Source: an uncultured bacterium
GTDB lineage: Bacteria > Zhuqueibacterota > QNDG01 > DTFT01
NCBI GenBank assembly: GCA_963736115.1
Contig: CAVTNR010000005.1
Coordinates: 1 to 64,000 of the forward strand
Length of the DNA stretch: 64,000 nucleotides
Direction: 5' to 3'
A program made the position numbers and the translations under genes. Shown here piece by piece: positions 50,523 through 60,864 of the stretch. Within the stretch, counting starts at the first letter, position 1. The number at the start of each line of letters is the position of its first letter. A model generated the notes under the pieces. It made no database searches, was not told where the DNA came from, and saw only the letters and a program-made list of their open reading frames with translations.

Positions 50523-52043
50523 TCATTTTTCCTGAAGGACTTGCGAGGTGTAAACATAAATGTCCGCCCCCTCCTTCCAGGCATCGGGCGGCAGGCCCGC
50601 TTTCTCCGCACAACAGCTTTCCAGAAACTGCTCCCGCGTCCAACCCATATCCGTCGCCACCTCGGGCAGATAGGTGCCGCTCCGCATGCCCTGCCGGACC
50701 CAGATGCCGTGCCTGCCGACCTCGATTTCCTCGACGGAATCGATTTTCTTGAGCGGGGACAGGATGGAAATCTTGATATCGATATCCTTCATCTCGCGTT
50801 CCGTGACCGGGTTGTGGGCGAACCGGTGATCCTGGGTCGCGGCCGCAACGGCCATCTGGGATACGATTTCGAACAGGGGCAGGTCGGGCTCGAAATGCCC
50901 GATGCACCCGCGCAGGCGGCCCCGGTTCTCCAGCGTCACGAAAACGCCGCGCTTGACGAGCAGATTCGGCGAATCGATGCTGAATTCCGGGGGCCGCTGT
51001 TCGTCCAGCGCGGCAAGAATGCTCTGACGCGCCACACGGAACAGCGTTTTTTTCTCCTCCGCGGTGAATTTGAGCGATTCCGGTTCCACGTTGCCGCCTC
51101 CTTTACTGAGTGAACCCGCTGCACCGACGAAGGCGGCCGCCCCGTACCCGACCACCCGATCCGCGTCGCCGGTGACATCCCCCGAATGGGCATAGGCCAG
51201 CTGAACCGCCCGGTCCGCGCCCATGGCGCGGGCCGCCAGCATGACGGTGACCAGGGCGCCCGATCCGCACAGCGCGCAGTCCAGATTCCGGATTCCCCGG
51301 GTTCGCGATTTGGCCTCGAGCGCAAGAATCCGCTTCGTGTCGTATCGCGACACGGCCGAAAGTACCTCGCCGTCGGCGCGCCGGGCGTCCGCGGCGGACG
51401 GAAAATGCGACATGTCCGAACTGGCGACCAGCAGCACCCGCCGGCCGGCGCATGCCGCGGCGATCGCGGCCGCGATCCTGCCGGCCTGGTCATGCGGCAT
51501 TTCTCCCGTGAGCATCAACACGACCGGCACGCCCGGAAGCGCGGTCTGAATGAACGGGAGCTGGACTTCGACGGAATGTTCTTCGTCGTCAACGCCCGGG
51601 ACAACCGTGATCCACGGATCCGCGGCTGTGAGCGCGCGGACCAGGCCGCGATCGACGGCGATACGGCCGAGCGGCGTGGCAAGCGAATCCCAATCGGCAA
51701 TGGCCGCGCCCTGTAACGCCCGGTAATGGCTGGGCCCGATCACCAGGACGGCGTCGTAGGACCGGCCCGACACCTGCCGATAGGCCGCGGCCGCGACCGG
51801 CCCGCTGTACTCGTAGCCCGCGTGCGGGGCCCAGATGCCCCGGATCTCCCCTTCCGTGACCGCGCCCCCGGCTTTGGACAGACAGAGCCGGACCTGCTCG
51901 CGGAGTTCGGTCGCGGAATAGGCGTAGAATTGTCCCGCCCGGGCCGCGGGCCTCACCTTGGCCGCAACCGTCTGCCGCTGCTGGCAGAAAAACAGGCAGA
52001 ACCCGAGAACCAGCAGGGCAACGGTCCATCCGCTGCGTTTCAT
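50523..52043 (-). CDS. amrB: AmmeMemoRadiSam protein B (MEMO)-protein A (AMMECR1) fusion with a signal peptide
   Basis: PHAGYEYSG, EHSVEVQLPF, ASSDMSH; GVFVTL...LRGCIG, YLPEVA; N-terminal hydrophobic stretch with Cys. Confidence 0.92.
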   Translation of the reverse strand: MKRSGWTVALLVLGFCLFFCQQRQTVAAKVRPAARAGQFYAYSATELREQVRLCLSKAGGAVTEGEIRGIWAPHAGYEYSGPVAAAAYRQVSGRSYDAVLVIGPSHYRALQGAAIADWDSLATPLGRIAVDRGLVRALTAADPWITVVPGVDDEEHSVEVQLPFIQTALPGVPVVLMLTGEMPHDQAGRIAAAIAAACAGRRVLLVASSDMSHFPSAADARRADGEVLSAVSRYDTKRILALEAKSRTRGIRNLDCALCGSGALVTVMLAARAMGADRAVQLAYAHSGDVTGDADRVVGYGAAAFVGAAGSLSKGGGNVEPESLKFTAEEKKTLFRVARQSILAALDEQRPPEFSIDSPNLLVKRGVFVTLENRGRLRGCIGHFEPDLPLFEIVSQMAVAAATQDHRFAHNPVTEREMKDIDIKISILSPLKKIDSVEEIEVGRHGIWVRQGMRSGTYLPEVATDMGWTREQFLESCCAEKAGLPPDAWKEGADIYVYTSQVLQEK

Positions 52044-52062
52044 AACCCGACCCTCCTCCCGA

Positions 52063-53178
52063 TCAGGCCCAGACACCGGGTATGGCGCGTCCGCAAAAAC
52101 CGCACTGCCCGTTGCGAAGATGCGTCTCCTGCACGGAGAAGCCGGAGCGGCGGATGACGGCCTTGTGACATCCGGGGCAGAATGTGTTCTCCGCCTCGTG
52201 CCCCGGCAGGTTGCCGAGATAGACGAAATGCAGCCCCGCCTCGCGACTGATGGACCAGGCGCGCTCCAGCGTGGCCGCGGGCGTCGGCGGCAGGTTGTTC
52301 AGCTTGTACTGCGGATAAAAACGGGAAAAATGGACCGGCACGTCCGGCCCCATCTCCTTGAACACCCATTCCGAGAGCTTACGGAAACCGGCGTCGGAGT
52401 CGTTGAGCGTGGGGACCACTAGATAAACGATCTCGCACCAGATTTTCCTGTCGCGCAGCCGGACCAGGGTCTCGAGCACCGGCGCCATCCGGCCGCCGCA
52501 TACGGACCGGTAATACGACTCGTCCATGGCCTTCAGATCGACTTTGTATCCGTCGATCACGCCGCACAGGTCCTCGAGCGGCTCCCTGCGGATGAATCCG
52601 TTCGAAATGACCACGCTCCGGAGGCCCAGGCGCCGGCCCGCTGCGGCCGTGTCGACCGCGAACTCGTTGAACACCGTGGGCTCGGAGTATGTGAAGGCGA
52701 TCACCGGGCATCGGGCGCGGGTCGCCGCTTCAGCGACGGATGATGCCGAAAGCTCGGGGACCTGGGCCTCCTCCGGACGCCGCTGGGACAGGTCCCAGTT
52801 CTGACAGAACCGGCAATCGAAGTTGCAGCCCACGGTGGAGATGGAATAAGCCGGACTGCCCGGGAGCAGATGATAAAACGGCTTCTTCTCGATCGGGTCG
52901 ACATGAGAAGCCGCCACCCGGCCGTACACCAGGCTGTAGAAACGTCCGGCCCGGTTTTCCCGCACGCCGCATTTGCCCCGCTTCCCCTCGTCCACCAGGC
53001 ATTCCCAGGGGCACAGCCCGCATTGCACCTTGTTTCCCGCGAGCTTGCGGTAATGACGGGCCTCTTTGCCGGCCGGCCGTTCCGCGCCGCCGAGGCGGCC
53101 GGCCGGACCGGTCAAGCCGCAAGCCACAACCCCGGTTGCGGCCGCGAGGAAGCGCCTCCGGGACACGGCGGTTTTCAT
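52063..53178 (-). CDS. amrS: AmmeMemoRadiSam radical SAM enzyme with a Tat signal
   Basis: SRRRFL; DPIEKKP; CNFDCRFCQNW; YSEPT; HFSRFYP. Confidence 0.93.
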   Translation of the reverse strand: MKTAVSRRRFLAAATGVVACGLTGPAGRLGGAERPAGKEARHYRKLAGNKVQCGLCPWECLVDEGKRGKCGVRENRAGRFYSLVYGRVAASHVDPIEKKPFYHLLPGSPAYSISTVGCNFDCRFCQNWDLSQRRPEEAQVPELSASSVAEAATRARCPVIAFTYSEPTVFNEFAVDTAAAGRRLGLRSVVISNGFIRREPLEDLCGVIDGYKVDLKAMDESYYRSVCGGRMAPVLETLVRLRDRKIWCEIVYLVVPTLNDSDAGFRKLSEWVFKEMGPDVPVHFSRFYPQYKLNNLPPTPAATLERAWSISREAGLHFVYLGNLPGHEAENTFCPGCHKAVIRRSGFSVQETHLRNGQCGFCGRAIPGVWA

Positions 53179-53246
53179 CCGTGCCGCCTTTTTGCCGGTT
53201 CGGCAGGGACCGCCGGGAGAATGTGAAAATGGGACGGCACCGGAAC

Positions 53247-53693
53247 CTACCGTGACGGCAGGGTGTCGGGCCGGGCGTGATTCAGGGCGGCCCGCACCGC
53301 CTCCTTCAGACTGTTGCAGGACAGCGTGGCGCCGGTGATGCCGTCTACTTCCGCCGATCCTTTCTCCTTCATCAGGACCGGGAGGCGCCGTACGACGCGG
53401 TCGTAATACCGGGGCGTCCCCTTTGCCTTCAGAACTTCCACGCAGGCCAGACGCCCGTCTTCGATATGCACGGCCACGGCCATGCCGGTCCAGCCCGGGC
53501 TCTCGGCCTTGTATATCCCGTCCCTGAAGTTCTGGACGGAACCAGCCGAGGTTTCGTGAACGACGGTTGCTGAAGCGCTTGTGACTGAATCGCCGGCCGG
53601 GCCGGCCGCAAATCCCGCGGCCGGACTGACCAGCCACAGGACGGCGGCCGACAGCAACCGGAACAGACATGCCTGGTGTTTCAGGATTCCCAT
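53247..53693 (-). CDS. Exported FMN-binding domain protein
   Basis: Signal peptide; RDGIYKAES...VDGITGATLSC flavinylation motif. Confidence 0.85.
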   Translation of the reverse strand: MGILKHQACLFRLLSAAVLWLVSPAAGFAAGPAGDSVTSASATVVHETSAGSVQNFRDGIYKAESPGWTGMAVAVHIEDGRLACVEVLKAKGTPRYYDRVVRRLPVLMKEKGSAEVDGITGATLSCNSLKEAVRAALNHARPDTLPSR

Positions 53694-54052
53694 GGCCTGT
53701 TCCTGGTCATCATCCATTCCGTGAACAGACCGATGGCCGCGCCCGTCACCGGGATCCAGGCGGCCAGGGATTTTCCCCAATCCCCGCCGAACCAGGCCAG
53801 ACCCGCGGCCAGGGGGAGATTGAATCCGAGCCCGAACACGAGGCCTTTCACCCACCAGGACGCGGACCATTTCTCCGCTCCGATCACCGCGCCCATAAGC
53901 GTCTGAACGAGGACGACGGCGCGCACCGCCCATGCGGTGATGTCGTTGGTGATGCTCCAGGCCACCACATAGTCGCAGATGCCCAGAAAGAGGCCCCAGC
54001 CCGCGGCCGACTTCACGCGCGGCCAGAGGCCTGTTTTGATTCGGTTTTCCAT
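53681..54052 (-). CDS. Small 4-TM membrane protein, unknown function
   Basis: Four hydrophobic segments; overlaps the FMN-binding gene start. Confidence 0.65.
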   Translation of the reverse strand: MENRIKTGLWPRVKSAAGWGLFLGICDYVVAWSITNDITAWAVRAVVLVQTLMGAVIGAEKWSASWWVKGLVFGLGFNLPLAAGLAWFGGDWGKSLAAWIPVTGAAIGLFTEWMMTRNRPWES

Positions 54053-54161
54053 TCAGTCCTTTTTCCCCGGTTAATGATTCGGTTCCGGTGCGGCCGCGCT
54101 TCATCGTCGGGAACGGGGAGTCCGTCCGACGGCGGACAGATTCCCGCCCCTCGGATAACCG

Positions 54162-54920
54162 TTACTTTTTCGATTCCACCGCTTTTTCCAGGAAAGGCCT
54201 GAAAAGATCGATCGGAATCGGGAACAGGGTGGTCGAATTGTTCTCCGCCGCGATCTCCACGAGGGTCTGGAGGAAACGAAGCTGCATGGACGTCGGTTCC
54301 TTGCCGAGTATGTGAGCCGCGTCCGCCAGCTTCTGCGACGCCTGGAATTCGCCGTCCGCGTGGATGACCTTGGCACGGCGTTCGCGTTCGGCCTCGGCCT
54401 GCCGCGCGATGGCGCGCTTCATCTCATCCGGCAGATCGATGTTCTTCACCTCGACGAGGGCCACCTTGATGCCCCAGGGGCCGGTGTGCTTGTCAAGTAT
54501 GTCCTGGAGCTTTTCGTTGATAGTCTCGCGTTCCGATAGGAGCTGGTCGAGCTCGAACTGTCCGAGCGTGGACCGGAGCGTTGTCTGCGCGAGCTGGGAC
54601 GTGGCGTACAGGTAGTCCTGCACGTCGGTGACGGCCTTGTTGGCGTCAACCACGCGGAAATACACCACCGCATTCACCTTCACGGATATATTGTCCTTCG
54701 AAATCACGTCCTGGGGGGGGACCTCCATGGGGATGGTGCGCAGGCTGACTTTCACCATTTTGTCGAAGACCGGGATCAGAAGGATGAGCCCCGGGCCCTT
54801 GGCCTTGATCAGGCGTCCCAGGCGGAAAATAACACCCCGTTCGTATTCCCGAAGAATGCGGACGGAATTGGCCAGAAGGAACAGGACGAAAAAGATTACA
54901 ACGATCCATTGAGTGGACAT
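54162..54920 (-). CDS. Slipin/SPFH (stomatin-like) protein
   Basis: [36 protein letters not shown]. Confidence 0.95.
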   Translation of the reverse strand: MSTQWIVVIFFVLFLLANSVRILREYERGVIFRLGRLIKAKGPGLILLIPVFDKMVKVSLRTIPMEVPPQDVISKDNISVKVNAVVYFRVVDANKAVTDVQDYLYATSQLAQTTLRSTLGQFELDQLLSERETINEKLQDILDKHTGPWGIKVALVEVKNIDLPDEMKRAIARQAEAERERRAKVIHADGEFQASQKLADAAHILGKEPTSMQLRFLQTLVEIAAENNSTTLFPIPIDLFRPFLEKAVESKK

Positions 54921-55029
54921 GACGACCTCCCATTCATGGGTGTGTGATGAAAATTCCCCTCCGCGAGCGTCGGGTTCCCCGTCCTCATAGCGGCGGGTGA
55001 CGTGTGAGCGGACGGATGGACGCGGAAAA

Positions 55030-56334
55030 TCATTTTCCCCGGCTTTCAACCGGAGTAACCTCCAGAACGAGTCCGTCGACCGACCGGACGACCACCTTTT
55101 CACCCTTTTTTACCGGTTTTTTGCTTCGGGCCGTCCAGATTTCTCCGTGCACGGAAATTTTCCCCTCCTCGCGTATGGCATCCACGACCGTTCCGATCTC
55201 GCCGACCAGGCCCTCTTCTCCGGTGGTGATTTTCAGACGGTGCGCCCGGGCCGTCAGGGCCAGTGCGAAGAGGAAAAACAGGGCCGAGCACAGGACGGCG
55301 GTGACAATGATGCTCAATGAAACCCTCATTTCCGGGGATTTGAACAGCATGAGTGATCCCAGAAACATGGCCACAATTCCTCCAATCGCCAGCAATCCAT
55401 GGCTGTTGACCTTCACTTCGACGATGAAAAACAGAATGGCAAGGAGTATCAGCAGAACTCCGGATGCGTTGACCGTAAGCACCTGCAGGGCAAAAAACGC
55501 GAGGATGAGAAAAATGCCGCCGATCACGCCGGGCAGAATGGCGCCCGGGTTGGACAGCTCGAAAAACAGGCCGTAGATGCCGAGCATCATGAGAATGTAG
55601 GCGATGTTGGGATCCGAAATCTTGTCGAGGATGCGGTAGCGCCAATCCATGGCCGAATGCCGGACGCCCGCGTCCTTCGTCTGAAGGGTTTTCTCTACGC
55701 CGTTATCGAGTCGGATCGTGCGGCCGTCCACCTGGTCCAGAAGGTCGCCGAGGTCTTTGGCGATGATTTCCGCGACTTTCTTCGAGACCGCCTCGGTTTC
55801 AGTGATGGAAACGCTTTCGCGCACCGCCTGCTCGGCCCATTGGCCGTTCCGGCCCCGCTTCTCGGCCAGACCCTTGATATGGGCCACCGCATCGTTGGTG
55901 ATCTTCTCCATCATGGTCTTCGAGGAGTCCTGGCCGCCCATGACGACCGGATGCGCGGATCCAAGATGGGTGGCGGGGGCCATGGCGATCAGATGCGCTG
56001 CGTAGGAGATGTAAACCCCGGCTGAGGCAGCCCTGCCTCCGCTGGGAGAGATGTACACGATGACAGGCACCAGGGAGGCGAGTATGGACTTGTCGATTTT
56101 CCAGGTGGCTTCCATGAGACCGCCCGGCGTGTCCATCTGGATGACCAGGCACTCGGCCTGGTTGTCTTCTGCCAGGCGGATGGCCTCATCAATGTATTTA
56201 GCGGTCACGGGCGTGATCGCGCCTTCGATTTTCAGGACTTCAACGGTATTCGCGGCCCCGAGCCCGGTCGCACCGAGCAGGAACAAAGCCGTCAGGAACC
56301 CTCTGAAGACCTCTGAATGCTTTAATAATCTCAT
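55030..56334 (-). CDS. nfeD: NfeD long form (ClpP-like protease domain)
   Basis: [30 protein letters not shown]; adjacent to the slipin gene. Confidence 0.93.
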   Translation of the reverse strand: MRLLKHSEVFRGFLTALFLLGATGLGAANTVEVLKIEGAITPVTAKYIDEAIRLAEDNQAECLVIQMDTPGGLMEATWKIDKSILASLVPVIVYISPSGGRAASAGVYISYAAHLIAMAPATHLGSAHPVVMGGQDSSKTMMEKITNDAVAHIKGLAEKRGRNGQWAEQAVRESVSITETEAVSKKVAEIIAKDLGDLLDQVDGRTIRLDNGVEKTLQTKDAGVRHSAMDWRYRILDKISDPNIAYILMMLGIYGLFFELSNPGAILPGVIGGIFLILAFFALQVLTVNASGVLLILLAILFFIVEVKVNSHGLLAIGGIVAMFLGSLMLFKSPEMRVSLSIIVTAVLCSALFFLFALALTARAHRLKITTGEEGLVGEIGTVVDAIREEGKISVHGEIWTARSKKPVKKGEKVVVRSVDGLVLEVTPVESRGK

Positions 56335-56673
56335 AGATAGGCTCCTATTCCCCATTCTATTTGAATGTACGTAATTTTTTGAAAAAAGTATATGAAAATC
56401 GACCGGGAAAGAAGGGGAAATCCGAAACCGGAACACTGTCATCTATATTAATATCAATATTTTAAAACCCGGAGGATCCTTCCTTCGCTCGTCCGGGCCT
56501 CACCCATGGAAACGGCCGGGTCCGGTTTTGAAGCATCCCGGACTAACGCTCGACCCGTACCGGAGAAAGACGGAATCCTTCTTTTAGAAGGTACCCGGCT
56601 TCCGCCTGTTACACGCCATGCGCATCTCCCTGTGCGCTGTGCCCCATGCGTAATGCGTTATCCGCATTACCTC

Positions 56674-58221
56674 CTAGAACATATATGTCCGTATCGAATG
56701 CGCCGGGCTCTCGGTTCTGACCGACCTCTCCCCCAGCCGCACCGCATAGGAAACGGGTGTGTCCGTACGGTTCAGGACCACAAGCGCCAGGGAACCGTCC
56801 GGGTTCCGGAACGCCGTAGTCTCCAGTTCGTCCACGGAAGCGGCGGATGCGATGCGCACCGCGCCCGGTTTGATGAACCTGGAGAAATGGCCGATATAAT
56901 AATAAGAGTTCATAAAATGCAGGCCGTCCGTTCGCGTGTCCGCATGCACGGGCGCGAAGCAGAAATTGCCCACATGATTGGGTCCGCCTGTTTCATCGAG
57001 CAGGATGTTCCAGTCCACCCAGCCGACGGTCCAGCGGTTCAGATCCGCGAGGATCGATTTGCCGTAGGCCTCGCCCATACTCCAGTCGTCCAGCTTTTTC
57101 GCGTCATACGGCCCGAGGCATCCCTCGGTGAACAGCAGTGCCTTGTCCGGGAACATTTCGTGCGCGAGCCGCACATTGTCGAAATTGTCACTGACGTACC
57201 AGTGGAATCCCATGCCCCATACATACCGGCCGGCGGCCGGATCGGACAGGATGGTGTTCGCCCATTCGGGCAGACGGTTCCGATTGTGGTCGTACCCGAT
57301 CACACGGACGTTGAATCTGTCAGCGAGCGCATTCCCCGCGGCTTGCCGCGGGGCAAGCGAGCGAATATCAGATGTCTCCTCTCTACAGATAGAAGATTCC
57401 CCGCCGCTTGCGGCGGGGAGCTTCAACAGCCCAGCCCGCTCGAGCGCGGGTCCCAGATGGTCGCGGATGAAGTCGCGCTGTTCCCCCGCCGTGAACACGC
57501 AGGAATCCCATGTCTGGGTGGCCTCCGGCTCGTTCTGCGGCGTCAGTCCCCAGATCGGAATCCCTTCCTTCTCGTATTCCCGGATGTATCGGACAAAGTA
57601 CTCCGCCCAGACCCCGCGGCATTCCGGCTTCAGCTTGCCGCCGTTGTTCATCTTGCCATTGGTCTTCATCCAGGCCGGCGGGCTCCAGGGCGAGGCGAAG
57701 AGCTTGAGCGGGCCGCCGGCCGCGCGGAACGCCTCGCGGATCAGGGGAATCAGCGCCTTCCGGTCCCTTTCGATGGAGAATTTCTTCAGCTCGAAATCGC
57801 CGGGCGTTTCGGCGTACGCGTAATTGCCCGTGGAAAAGTCGCAGCTGTTGATGTGCGTGCGGCAGAGTGTGTACGCATTCCCGCGGACGGGATCGAAGTA
57901 GGCCTCGAGCACGGCCGCGCGCTTCGCCGGGCTCAATTTGTAGAAGGTCACAGCCGCGGACTCGGTGAAGGCGCCGCCGAATCCCTCGATGGTCTGATAG
58001 TGCTGCGCCGGCTCAACCCAGACAGAGGTGATACGGTTGTCGAAGAACGCGTCCGCCGGAACGGATTCGAAAGAAAGCGCGGCCTTTTCCGCCAGACGGT
58101 CCGGCGTGTCTTTCGCGGTCTGAAATACACGGAGGCCGCGGGACGCGGGTGTATCCTGGCCCTGGGCCGTTGCCGCGAACCCGATGATCAGCATCATCCA
58201 ACTTCTTTTCCATGCCTGCAT
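56674..58221 (-). CDS. Glycoside hydrolase family 30 (glucosylceramidase-like) carrying a 38-aa insertion
   Basis: GFGGAFTE, SCDFS, ASPWSPPAWMK, QNEP, FHWY, FTEGC, DWNILLD. Confidence 0.93.
   Translation of the reverse strand: MQAWKRSWMMLIIGFAATAQGQDTPASRGLRVFQTAKDTPDRLAEKAALSFESVPADAFFDNRITSVWVEPAQHYQTIEGFGGAFTESAAVTFYKLSPAKRAAVLEAYFDPVRGNAYTLCRTHINSCDFSTGNYAYAETPGDFELKKFSIERDRKALIPLIREAFRAAGGPLKLFASPWSPPAWMKTNGKMNNGGKLKPECRGVWAEYFVRYIREYEKEGIPIWGLTPQNEPEATQTWDSCVFTAGEQRDFIRDHLGPALERAGLLKLPAASGGESSICREETSDIRSLAPRQAAGNALADRFNVRVIGYDHNRNRLPEWANTILSDPAAGRYVWGMGFHWYVSDNFDNVRLAHEMFPDKALLFTEGCLGPYDAKKLDDWSMGEAYGKSILADLNRWTVGWVDWNILLDETGGPNHVGNFCFAPVHADTRTDGLHFMNSYYYIGHFSRFIKPGAVRIASAASVDELETTAFRNPDGSLALVVLNRTDTPVSYAVRLGERSVRTESPAHSIRTYMF
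57311..57426. mobile_element. 116-bp palindromic MITE-like element inserted in frame in the GH30 gene
   Basis: Ends TTGAA...TTCAA; two 20-bp hairpins, CCCCGCGGC-TT-GCCGCGGGG (57334-57353) and CCCCGCCGC-TT-GCGGCGGGG (57399-57418). Confidence 0.8.
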
Positions 58222-58328
58222 ATCCGCCTCCTTTTCAGATGCCCTGAACCGGCCGTTCCGGACCTTCCTTTTTCGCTTGACATTCACGGTAAATTTTAGG
58301 AAATTGATGACAGAAAATAGGAGTGTTC

Positions 58329-58498
58329 ATCCCTGCTCCAGTAGCAACCACATCTATAAAGAACCTTCAAATCAGAGAGACAGGGAGCCCGACTCTGGAC
58401 GCGTATTACAGGCCTCCATCGAGTGGAAGTAAAAAACGTCAGGGGGGCACCCACCGTGTGACCCACGGTTCTTTATAGCCATGCTATTGGGCAGGGAT
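58329..58498 (+). ncRNA. ssrS: 6S RNA
   Basis: Long closing stem ATCCCTGC-TCCAGTAGCA/TGCTATTGG-GCAGGGAT, CTATAAAGAACC/GGTTCTTTATAG, central bubble, GGGAGCCC...GGGCACCCACC motifs; TTGACA at 58277. Confidence 0.8.
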
Positions 58499-58855
58499 AT
58501 TTTTTTGCCCGGATAGAACCGCGACTCCCTCCTCCACACTCCCCGCCATCGGAAATAAATCCCCCAGGTGCATGCGTTCGAAGAGTTCCTTCAGAATGGC
58601 CCCCAGTCCGGCCACGGCGAAACGTCCGCCATCTTTGGTCACCCGGTCGTAGGTCAGGATCACGACGCCCAGGGCCGAACTGTTCATCACGTCCACGCCG
58701 TTGAGATCGATGAGCACGGACCTGCGTCCCTGTTCGATGAGACCGAGCATTTCCGCGCGAAAGGCCGGCACAGCCTGCTGGTACAGCTTGCGGCATTTCA
58801 CGGTGGCGACGGTCACCCCGTCCCGGTCTGCGATTGAAAGCATGGATTCGGACAT
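58484..58855 (-). CDS. STAS domain protein
   Basis: IDLNGVDVMNSSALG. Confidence 0.88.
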   Translation of the reverse strand: MSESMLSIADRDGVTVATVKCRKLYQQAVPAFRAEMLGLIEQGRRSVLIDLNGVDVMNSSALGVVILTYDRVTKDGGRFAVAGLGAILKELFERMHLGDLFPMAGSVEEGVAVLSGQKNIPAQ

Positions 58856-58969
58856 GTCATTTTCCTTCGGGTGGATGCGCTCGCGGACAGATTCCGGGCC
58901 GGACGCACGGTCTGGCAGCCGGCCGGATGTTTGCTTTTGCCGGACGCCGGACGGCGCACGGCGGCCGGC

Positions 58970-60512
58970 TCAGACCATGGTCGTGAAATCCCGGTCGAGG
59001 CTCCGGTACTGGATGGCCTCGGAGAGGTGCTGTGGTTTTATGGATTCCGAGCCATCGAGGTCCGCGATGGTCCGGGACACTTTCAGGATGCGGTCGTAGG
59101 CGCGGGCCGACAGGCCCAGGCGCGTGATCGCGCGGCCCAGCAGGGCGTCGCTTTCAGGGCCGACGACTCCGTATTTCCGGATGTCCCTCGGCGTCATGTG
59201 CGCGTTGCAGTACACACCCGGCCGGCCCTTGAAACGCTCGGTCTGCATGCGCCGCGCGGCCATGACCCGGCGGCGCACGGTTTCGGAGGTCTCGCCCGTG
59301 GCGCGGCCCGCCAGCTCCCGGTAGGGAATGGCCGGCACCTCGACGTGTATGTCGATGCGGTCGAGCAGGGGTCCCGAGATGCGGGCGCGGTACCGCTGAA
59401 CGTCCATGACCGTGCACGCGCAGGAATGCAGGGGGTTTCCGAAATGGCCGCAGGGACAGGGATTCATGGCCGCGACCAGCATGAATACGGCCGGATACGT
59501 GACCGTGAGCGCGGCGCGCGCGATGGTGACGCGGCCGTCCTCCATGGGCTGGCGCAGCACTTCGAGCACGTTCTTGCGGAATTCCGGGAGTTCGTCCAGG
59601 AACAGGACGCCGTGGTGGGCGAGGCTGACTTCCCCGGGCCTGGGCAGGTGGCCGCCGCCGATGAGGCCCGCGTCCGAAATGGTGTGATGCGGCGATCGGA
59701 ACGGCCGCGTGGCGATCGAGCGCGGTGTCCGTCGGCAGAAGGCCCGCGACCGAATGGATCTTCGTGGTTTCGAGCGCCTCCTCGAGCGTCAGGTCCGGCA
59801 GCACGGTCGGGATGCGCTTCGCCAGCATCGTCTTTCCGGAACCCGGGGGTCCGATCATCAGCGCGTTGTGCCCGCCCGCGGCCGCGACTTCAAGACTGCG
59901 CTTGACGTGTTCCTGGCCCTTGACGTCCTGAAAATCCACGCCGTAGGAGGCGACGCGGGCGAAGACGTCCTCCATCGCGACCGTGAAGGGCGGGTCTTTT
60001 CTCACCCCGTCGAGGATTTCCACGGCCTGCCGCAGGGTCTCGACCGGGTGCACGGCCAGCCCCAGCGCCATGGCGGCCTCCTTCGCGTTCTGCTTCGGAA
60101 GCAGAATGGCCGGCACTGCCGCGTCGCGCACCGCGATCGAAATCGGAAGCCCGCCGCGTATGGCCCGGACCTGGCCGTCCAGCGCCAGTTCGCCCAACAC
60201 CACCGTATCCCGCAGTTTTTCCGGGTCGATCTGTCCGCTGGCCGCAAGTATGCCGATAGCCATGGGCAGGTCGTAGGCGGACCCCTCCTTCCGGATGTCT
60301 GCGGGAGCCAGGTTCACCGTGATCCGCTTGTTCGGCAGGTAATACCCGGCGTTCCGTATCGCCGCGCACACCCGCTCCTTGGATTCCTTGACTGCGCTGT
60401 CCGGAAGCCCCACGGTCACGAAAGCGGGTAATCCGCCCTCGAAATGGGTTTCAACCTGGACGATGTAGCCCTCGATGCCCAGCACTGCCGCGCTCAATAC
60501 TTTCGCAAACAT
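58970..60512 (-). CDS. comM: YifB/ComM Mg-chelatase-like AAA+ ATPase; one extra base near 59717
   Basis: [45 protein letters not shown]; removing one base restores [15 protein letters not shown]. Confidence 0.9.
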
Positions 60513-60864
60513 GCCGGTTTTGGGAATGGTGAATGATGGATTTCAATCAATTGTATGCAATTCAGCGGACAGAATCAAGCGCTTTTTAAACGCCTTGACT
60601 TTCCCGCCCCCCAGTCGTATGTTGATTGAAAAGAAACTTTATTCCGGACCGGGAGGCCGGGCGGATGCGTCCGCCGCTCCGATCTGAAAAAAATCAACTG
60701 CCCGGCCGAACCTGACCGAGCGACATCCGTATATCCTATTATGTGAAGATCCAGGCCCTGCCGCAGAACCAGCGGTCGGCCTGTCTACCGACTGCGGACG
60801 TATGGGATCGGTACTGTCGGCTGGAACCGGCCCCTCGTTACTTCCAACTCTCCCGGAGGACTGC

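Noticed and set aside
58970-60512. comM interrupted by a mobile element
   Set aside because: The two halves are contiguous with a single extra base; no inserted DNA is present.
60660-60850. Riboswitch in the long leader of the outer-membrane barrel gene
   Set aside because: No complete purine, cobalamin, TPP or SAM consensus could be recognised by eye.
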